Shown here piece by piece: positions 59,371 to 64,000 of a stretch of 64,000 nt of DNA. The position numbers and the translations under genes were made by a program. Below the pieces are notes generated by a model that had not been told where the DNA came from, searched no databases, and worked only from the letters and a program-made list of their open reading frames with translations. Position 1 is the first letter of the stretch. Each line of letters opens with the position of its first letter. The stretch is from a virus: the IMG/VR virus record IMGVR_UViG_3300027747_002638; one strand, 5' to 3'.

Positions 59371-60195
59371 AGCTTCTTCTTCTTGAATTTCTTCGCTTTC
59401 TTTTCTATCAACAAAAGCGTCAAATCTTTTTTGTGCTTTGCTAGAAGCTGAGATGATAAAGTTTGTATCTTTTTTTAATACTTCTAACCAATTGGAAAGA
59501 TAGCTGGCAGAATTGTTAAAACATTTTTCAGAATCAATTCCGCAGAAGTTAAGACAAAGACTAGCAAAAATCTCAGCGGTCAATTCTTCTTTGCTATAAT
59601 TCTGAGAACCAAAACCATTCTTAACATTATCGCCTGTGCTTTTATGCATAGCGTGGCCGATCTCATGAAATGCTGTGGAGTAATACTCCTCAACGCTGTT
59701 AAAGTTTTCTTTTGGGGGTAAATCAATCTTATGATCTTCTGGATAGTAACAGGCACGACTGCCACCATACTTAATCTGAATCACGCACTTGTTGATTAAC
59801 TTTTCTGCTTCTTCTACTGGTGAGAAATCCAACTTCTGGACTTCTGGCTGTTTCCACTTCATACCTTCAATATCACTCAAACCAAAAACCTTGTAGAATC
59901 TCATAAGAGGAAAGCCACCTGATTCATCATCTTTCTTTTTTAATAGTTTGTAATAAACTACCATGTGAGACTTAGCGCCTTTTTTGATTTTTCCACCTAG
60001 CTCTTTAATCTGATTAAATGTAAAAAAGAAATCATCAGAAGCTACCATGCGAAGTAAGAATTGATTAATGCCTCGATAACCTTTTTTGGAAACTCCGTTG
60101 CAAAGATCAAAAACTTTCCAAGGCTTCTGCCAAGGAATGACTCCTTTGTTGAGGGCTTCGATGAACTTTTCTGTGATAATTTCGTTTACTTTCAT
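59359..60195 (-). CDS. ardC: ArdC-family antirestriction protein (ssDNA-binding + zincin-like domain)
   Basis: PWQKPW, YRGIN, TFNQ…GG.IKKG, YYST.FHEIGH, YSKEELTAE, SASY..NWL.VL. Confidence 0.9.
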   Translation of the reverse strand: MKVNEIITEKFIEALNKGVIPWQKPWKVFDLCNGVSKKGYRGINQFLLRMVASDDFFFTFNQIKELGGKIKKGAKSHMVVYYKLLKKKDDESGGFPLMRFYKVFGLSDIEGMKWKQPEVQKLDFSPVEEAEKLINKCVIQIKYGGSRACYYPEDHKIDLPPKENFNSVEEYYSTAFHEIGHAMHKSTGDNVKNGFGSQNYSKEELTAEIFASLCLNFCGIDSEKCFNNSASYLSNWLEVLKKDTNFIISASSKAQKRFDAFVDRKESEEIQEEEAVTA

Positions 60196-60201
60196 AGCTT
60201 A

Positions 60202-60229
60202 AATATATCAGAAATTTGTTTTTTGTCTA
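60202..60229 (-). promoter_or_regulatory. Early promoter, leaderless
   Basis: TAGACA-16-(TG.)TATATT-6-ATG. Confidence 0.75.
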
Positions 60230-60234
60230 CATTT

Positions 60235-60309
60235 AAATTTCATTGAGTATCAACGACTTATAGCACAAGAGCCCCTGCTTATGCAAGTGTTTGACTATCA
60301 AAGAGATAA
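60235..60309 (-). repeat. 75-bp element, copy 7 (inverted)
   Basis: Spacer reverse complement ataaGCAGGGgctcttgtgct; 27+21+27 geometry. Confidence 0.9.
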
Positions 60310-60347
60310 AAATATTGATTTAAAACCAATATAGTGTAATATAAGTT

Positions 60348-60524
60348 ATGAAGGTTTCTGGTTTACTTGAATCGTCTGCTCTATATAAAAAGTTTGTTGA
60401 AGAGCGAAATGAAATCCTAAAGCACAAATGGCTCGAAAGCGAAAAAGCTGGCCACGATATTGGTTTTGAAAAAGCTCTGTTAGATTGGGTTTTCAATCAC
60501 AGAGAAAAATGGCGTAATAAATAA
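60348..60524 (+). CDS. DUF4032-like small protein (58 aa); not in the ORF track
   Basis: ERNEILKHKWLESEKAGHDIGFEKALLDW; GTGTAA 8 nt upstream. Confidence 0.75.
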   Translation: MKVSGLLESSALYKKFVEERNEILKHKWLESEKAGHDIGFEKALLDWVFNHREKWRNK

Positions 60525-60657
60525 TTCTTCGACCCTCTACGCTCATGATTTCGTAAAGGAATATCCTGCTCCTCTACCGCCTCTGACTCTGGGCGTTGGC
60601 AGGTTCATCCTCTTATGGGAGTTAGTCAGACTCGCCAAGAGAAGTATTGGCGTTCCG

Positions 60658-60858
60658 TTATATATAATCAATGTTGCCATTGAAAACTTTCCAGAACTGC
60701 AACCTTTCGGTCAACCTTCTCTGATATCGAAGAACTAAAACTATCTTAACATACTTTTGTTTATGTGCAATAAAAAAGGCGAGGTTTTTACGCCTCGCCC
60801 TTTCTATAATGTCTTTCTGTAGTTTAAACTGGCGAAAGACCACCAGCGATTCGATCAT
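60658..60858 (-). CDS. Small basic hypothetical protein
   Basis: 66-aa ORF overlapping the upstream gene. Confidence 0.4.
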   Translation of the reverse strand: MIESLVVFRQFKLQKDIIERARRKNLAFFIAHKQKYVKIVLVLRYQRRLTERLQFWKVFNGNIDYI

Positions 60859-61090
60859 AGCGGAATTGCTTCACGCCAGAATCCATACGACCAGAAAAGC
60901 AGAAGCTAGTGAATAGCTTGTTCCCTGCCTTGCTGATGGTATGAGAAGAAGGCTTGCTGATGATGTAAGTATAGACATCATTCTTGCCGTAGGGTTTGTA
61001 TTCGATTAAATACCTTTGCCCCAAGAGGAAAAGGACGAAGTGTTTCAGATATGAGGTTGCGTATATGATTGCGTTTTTGATTTTGTTCAT
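60824..61090 (-). CDS. Early hypothetical protein (WYL-like F..DRI ending)
   Basis: 88 aa; leaderless promoter TTGTGA-16-TATATT-6-ATG at 61097-61124. Confidence 0.65.
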   Translation of the reverse strand: MNKIKNAIIYATSYLKHFVLFLLGQRYLIEYKPYGKNDVYTYIISKPSSHTISKAGNKLFTSFCFSGRMDSGVKQFRYDRIAGGLSPV

Positions 61091-61139
61091 AGATTAAATA
61101 TACCATACCTTTGTTTTTTCACAAGAAAAATCTTAAATT

Positions 61140-61214
61140 AAATCTCGTTGATGGTCAACGACTTACGCGCGCAGGGACCCGCCTTTTGTAACTACTTAAT
61201 AATCAAATACTTAT
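61140..61214 (+). repeat. 75-bp element, copy 8
   Basis: AAATCTCGTTGA-TGG-TCAACGACTTAC / gcgcGCAGGGacccgcctttt / GTAACTACTTAA-TAA-TCAAATACTTAT. Confidence 0.9.
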
Positions 61215-61220
61215 AATAGT

Positions 61221-61382
61221 TTAATCTTCTTGTTCTTTCCAATTAGGATGAGCTTTAACCCATTTATGCCAAACGATTTCCAAGCCAGCAAGATGCTTTT
61301 CTATTTCAGCAATAAGCCTTGGATCTTCATCTCGAAGAACCCTCTTCTCAAGTATTTTGCTTATTCTATTTTCGTTTTTCAT
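61221..61382 (-). CDS. Small hypothetical protein (53 aa)
   Basis: Read by hand: MKNENRISKILEKRVLRDEDPRLIAEIEKHL…; stop is 6 nt from element copy 8. Confidence 0.5.
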   Translation of the reverse strand: MKNENRISKILEKRVLRDEDPRLIAEIEKHLAGLEIVWHKWVKAHPNWKEQED

Positions 61383-61655
61383 ATCAGTATATATTACAAT
61401 TATTTGTAAAATATTTCAACTATTTATTATATACTGTTAGATATTTAGGAAAATCTATTTTAGATGTGTAATTAGTATTTTGATTAACTCTTGTACTCCA
61501 CCCCAGCAAATCGTTAGCATTAAACATAAAATAAAAAACTCTACGCCAAATTTCTCAAAAACATTTCTCACATAAATAGAATACATTCTATTTTTTATTT
61601 AGAGAAAATATTTCGTAATGTCGCTCTCTTTAGTGCAAGTTTTCATAAAAATTCT

Positions 61656-61728
61656 CGCTCTCGGCAGGATTCAAACCTGCGATCTATTGATTAGAAATCA
61701 ATTGCATTATTCGCTATGCTACGAGAGC
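61656..61728 (-). tRNA. tRNA-Arg(UCU), no encoded CCA
   Basis: GCTCTCG/CGAGAGC acceptor; ATTGA-TTTCTAA-TCAAT; GCAGG-TTTGAAT-CCTGC. Confidence 0.85.
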
Positions 61729-61737
61729 GATAAAGTT

Positions 61738-61810
61738 TCGCCTAGGTCAGACTCGAACTGACACTTGAACGATTTTAAGTCGTTTGCCTCTGCCATTGGG
61801 CTACTAGGCG
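61738..61810 (-). tRNA. tRNA-Leu(UAA) with short variable loop
   Basis: CGCCTAG/CTAGGCG; AACGA-CTTAAAA-TCGTT; variable region CAAGT; GTCAG-TTCGAGT-CTGAC; A73. Confidence 0.9.
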
Positions 61811-61816
61811 GATTGT

Positions 61817-62203
61817 TTAGCTGTCAGTATCTAACTTTTCAGCAGAAATAGTGCCGAGAGAATAGATGTCCTCGACTTGTGCTGTGCGAACAAAATGTTC
61901 GTTTGGAATATTATCAATAGTGTTCTTCACTCGATTCATAGCAACTGCTTTTAATCCACCTTTAGCACCACGGAACTTCTTTCCAAGTTTATCGCTCAAA
62001 CTACTCATAATATACTTAAACATCACTCGCTCCAACTTTTCGAGAGTAATCCAAAAATAAGCAAAGTCATTACTCATCCATTGAAGCTCTCCGTTTGTTC
62101 CACCCCAATTATAGACTCGATTGTGGAACTGCTGAATCTCGTCCTTGTTACCTTTAATTCCAATAACCCAATGTGCTCCGAGGTTTTGTTTCATTAATTT
62201 CAT
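61817..62203 (-). CDS. Early hypothetical protein, paralogue of 54532..54951
   Basis: YNWGGTNGEL, SLGTISAEK; promoter TTGACA-16-TAAACT at 62211-62238. Confidence 0.7.
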   Translation of the reverse strand: MKLMKQNLGAHWVIGIKGNKDEIQQFHNRVYNWGGTNGELQWMSNDFAYFWITLEKLERVMFKYIMSSLSDKLGKKFRGAKGGLKAVAMNRVKNTIDNIPNEHFVRTAQVEDIYSLGTISAEKLDTDS

Positions 62204-62331
62204 AGTTTATAGTTTATCCTGTTCTTGTTTTTTGTCAATACTTTTATTGTTAAAATACCAATCTATATCTTCTTGAGTTGTTTCTGTATGCTTACTATAA
62301 GAGTTGAGCATCCAATCCGCACAAGGAGAAG

Positions 62332-62403
62332 TGGGCAAGGCTGGACTCGAACCAGCACTAGGAGAATTATGAGTTCTCTGTTTCACCTTTAAACTACTTG
62401 CCC
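62332..62403 (-). tRNA. tRNA with CAU anticodon (elongator Met or Ile2)
   Basis: GGGCAAG/CTTGCCC; GAGAA-CTCATAA-TTCTC; GCTGG-TTCGAGT-CCAGC. Confidence 0.9.
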
Positions 62404-62595
62404 CACTTTAGCAGGAAAGCTCGAAGGTTTTGGCACTTGAAAGAACTCTACTGCAAAAGCCTTGGCGTAATTTTCCAAGTCTTTCAGAGAGCAAGTCTCT
62501 TTCGGTGTGCACATGCGGATTGAGGTGTTTAGGATGATGGCTCGGTCTTTACCGAACACATTCACCACATAGAATGGAATTGTTTTGTTTGTCAT
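62389..62595 (-). CDS. Early hypothetical protein; 3' end overlaps the tRNA
   Basis: Start moved to 62595; promoter TTGACT-16-TATATT-6-ATG at 62602-62629. Confidence 0.6.
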   Translation of the reverse strand: MTNKTIPFYVVNVFGKDRAIILNTSIRMCTPKETCSLKDLENYAKAFAVEFFQVPKPSSFPAKVGQVV

Positions 62596-62662
62596 AGGTT
62601 TAATATACAACAATTAGAGAAATAGTCAATAAAAATAATTCGTTGAATGATAAGGCTTTACA

Positions 62663-62753
62663 TACTAGGGGAAGGATTCGAACCTTCATTACGCTCAAAT
62701 CTAGAGCTTCACGAGTATAAGTCGTGGGTCTTAACCAGTTAGACGACCCTAGC
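62663..62753 (-). tRNA. tRNA-Ile(UAU) with long variable arm
   Basis: GCTAGGG/CCCTAGT; CACGA-CTTATAC-TCGTG; 22-nt variable region with GCTC/GAGC stem; GAAGG-TTCGAAT-CCTTC. Confidence 0.85.
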
Positions 62754-62792
62754 AATCAACACCAAGCCGTAGCTCAATGTCAGCCTCCGAAG

Positions 62793-62951
62793 TTATCCAC
62801 CGATTTTCTTGATGGTAACTTTCGTTCCATCAGGCCAAGAGCGGATGACCTTACGCCAAAACTCCGCTTCTTGCTCGGCATCTTCCATCTTCGAGTGCAT
62901 ATCTTCACTCACACGGACTCCATCTCGCAAAACGATATACTTAAGATTCAT
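62793..62951 (-). CDS. Small hypothetical protein (52 aa)
   Basis: Read by hand: MNLKYIVLRDGVRVSED…AEFWRKVIRSWPDGTKV. Confidence 0.6.
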   Translation of the reverse strand: MNLKYIVLRDGVRVSEDMHSKMEDAEQEAEFWRKVIRSWPDGTKVTIKKIGG

Positions 62952-63177
62952 TTTCTACCTCCAATGCTACTGCGTTGTCAAACATTGAGCCACCATCTAC
63001 TGCATCACAAATAACGATGTCATTACTGCCATCATCACCAGCATATACAGCTCGTAGTTTTCTTGTTTGACTATGTTCTTTTTTTGTCCATTGACTCTCT
63101 GGAACGCCGAGGACTTGCAGAGCCTCAACTCTCTCTGGTGAAAGTGCTTCACCGCTTACTGCACATTTATATGTCAT
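62941..63177 (-). CDS. Hypothetical protein, degenerate TraR/DksA-finger-like N-terminus
   Basis: YKCAVSGEALSPERVEAL. Confidence 0.5.
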   Translation of the reverse strand: MTYKCAVSGEALSPERVEALQVLGVPESQWTKKEHSQTRKLRAVYAGDDGSNDIVICDAVDGGSMFDNAVALEVENES

Positions 63178-63184
63178 AATCGGA

Positions 63185-63598
63185 TTATACCGCTAATTGT
63201 TCTGGTGTCAAGTGAATTTCTGCTGGGGGTTCTGGAAGAACATTATTCTTCCGAGGACGGCCACGGCCACGCTTCTCACCATTAGGCATAGTTGCAGTTG
63301 CAACATAAGCTGATAGTTTTTCTTTTAGTTGGATGAATCGTTTGTCTGCATCTTCACGATCAATACAAGTGAATGCCCAATCGCCCCATTGACTATCGCT
63401 AGGATACATTTCAGCAGGAGGCATCTTCACACCTGCAATTTCATATCCATTGTGACGCTTAATAGCAATCACTTCATAGTTAAAAGCTTCGCTGTCATCT
63501 TCATCGAGTTTCTTTTTATAGATAGCAACATCTCCATCACGACCAACCATCGTGAACTTAAATCCTCGACTGGTAAATGTTTCTTCAAGAGTTTTCAA
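63185..63598 (-). CDS. AT-hook-containing protein
   Basis: KRGRGRPRK near the C-terminus. Confidence 0.65.
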   Translation of the reverse strand: MKTLEETFTSRGFKFTMVGRDGDVAIYKKKLDEDDSEAFNYEVIAIKRHNGYEIAGVKMPPAEMYPSDSQWGDWAFTCIDREDADKRFIQLKEKLSAYVATATMPNGEKRGRGRPRKNNVLPEPPAEIHLTPEQLAV

Positions 63599-63740
63599 TT
63601 TTTACTCCTTTAGGAAGCCACGCTTCCAAAGTCAGACCTTCTCCAATATATCCGACTTGAGTTTCAGTTTTAGTTTTAGGGTCAGTTGCGTATAGTGCGT
63701 AGCCACCCTCCTTTAGTTTTTTGGCTTTAGTGATTTCCAT
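63585..63740 (-). CDS. Small hypothetical protein (51 aa)
   Basis: Leaderless promoter TTGAAT-16-TAAGAT-6-ATG at 63747-63774. Confidence 0.55.
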   Translation of the reverse strand: MEITKAKKLKEGGYALYATDPKTKTETQVGYIGEGLTLEAWLPKGVKIENS

Positions 63741-63765
63741 TAGATAATCTTACTATACTTTTAGA

Positions 63766-64000
63766 TTAATTCAAGACAAAAATATCACGATTAATTACTC
63801 CAACCCATTTAGCTTTATATACAGGCTCTAGGGTATCAGAGTAAACAAAGCTATTAAACTTATAAGGATTATATGTTACTTTTCTTTCAGTTTGATCTAC
63901 TGGCCATCCATCGTCTGGTGTGCCACACACAAAAGCGTGAACATTCTTTCTTTGTTCTTTTAATACTCTGTTTCTACCAGCTTGACTCACTCTAAACTCA
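63766..64000 (-). CDS. Conserved phage hypothetical protein (5' partial)
   Basis: VSQAGRNRVLKEQRKNVHAFV.G…VTYNPYK. Confidence 0.65.
   Translation of the reverse strand, partial: EFRVSQAGRNRVLKEQRKNVHAFVCGTPDDGWPVDQTERKVTYNPYKFNSFVYSDTLEPVYKAKWVGVINRDIFVLN

Noticed and set aside
55330-61214. 75-bp elements as a CRISPR array
   Set aside because: Copies are degenerate and separated by gene-sized intervals; the 21-bp spacer has a conserved core; no cas genes are present.
55330-61214. Elements as ordinary rho-independent terminators or classical attC sites
   Set aside because: There are no U-tracts, mismatches between arms are not compensatory, lengths are fixed and there are no RYYYAAC/GTTRRRY ends. 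This fits dsDNA protein binding better. No integron integrase is in the window.
2016-63613. Short antisense or alternative-frame ORFs from the track (e.g. 2016+, 4862+, 19311+, 31091+, 32339+, 41963-, 54391-, 54853-, 57386-, 58956+, 62724+, 63329+)
   Set aside because: They are shadows of longer motif-bearing genes, tRNAs or repeat elements, with no promoter or SD support.
1-64000. Stop-codon recoding or suppressor tRNAs
   Set aside because: Core genes are full length under code 11, and no tRNA has a CUA, UCA or UUA anticodon.

Overview
This window is a 64-kb segment of a large, AT-rich dsDNA tailed-phage (Caudoviricetes) genome using the standard genetic code. No tail sheath gene is visible, so it is probably siphovirus-like. 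A PVC/Verrucomicrobia-type host is only a weak inference, from one DUF4032-like gene. Layout: (1) 1-38.1 kb, minus strand, is the late virion module: tail tube, tail completion, head-tail connectors, a ~25-kb block of fibre/lectin genes, major capsid protein, decoration protein, prohead protease/scaffold, lysis genes and a second tail-tube paralogue. (2) 38.2-45.1 kb, plus strand: Zn-ribbon protein, phage sigma factor, ERCC4 nuclease, terminase large subunit and portal. (3) 45.1-53.8 kb: PhoH and more fibre genes. (4) 54.2-64 kb: two converging arrays of small early genes (ArdC, GP88-like, SleB-like hydrolase, acidic proteins) and four atypical tRNAs. The most striking unexplained structure is a 75-bp element of fixed geometry: 27-bp palindrome + 21-bp spacer with GCAGGG at a fixed offset + 27-bp palindrome. 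It occurs 8 times, plus 4 single palindromes. It sits between early gene units, often on the upstream stop codon, and is helically phased (5 or 15 bp) to the -35 box of mostly leaderless sigma70-type promoters. Also notable: a GTGTAA late-promoter motif, a ~175-nt structured intergenic RNA candidate, a twin-hairpin leader with similar loops, tRNAs with swapped variable-arm classes, and a 5-gene tandem lectin-like array. Protein family calls come from motif recognition and synteny only; no database searches were run.
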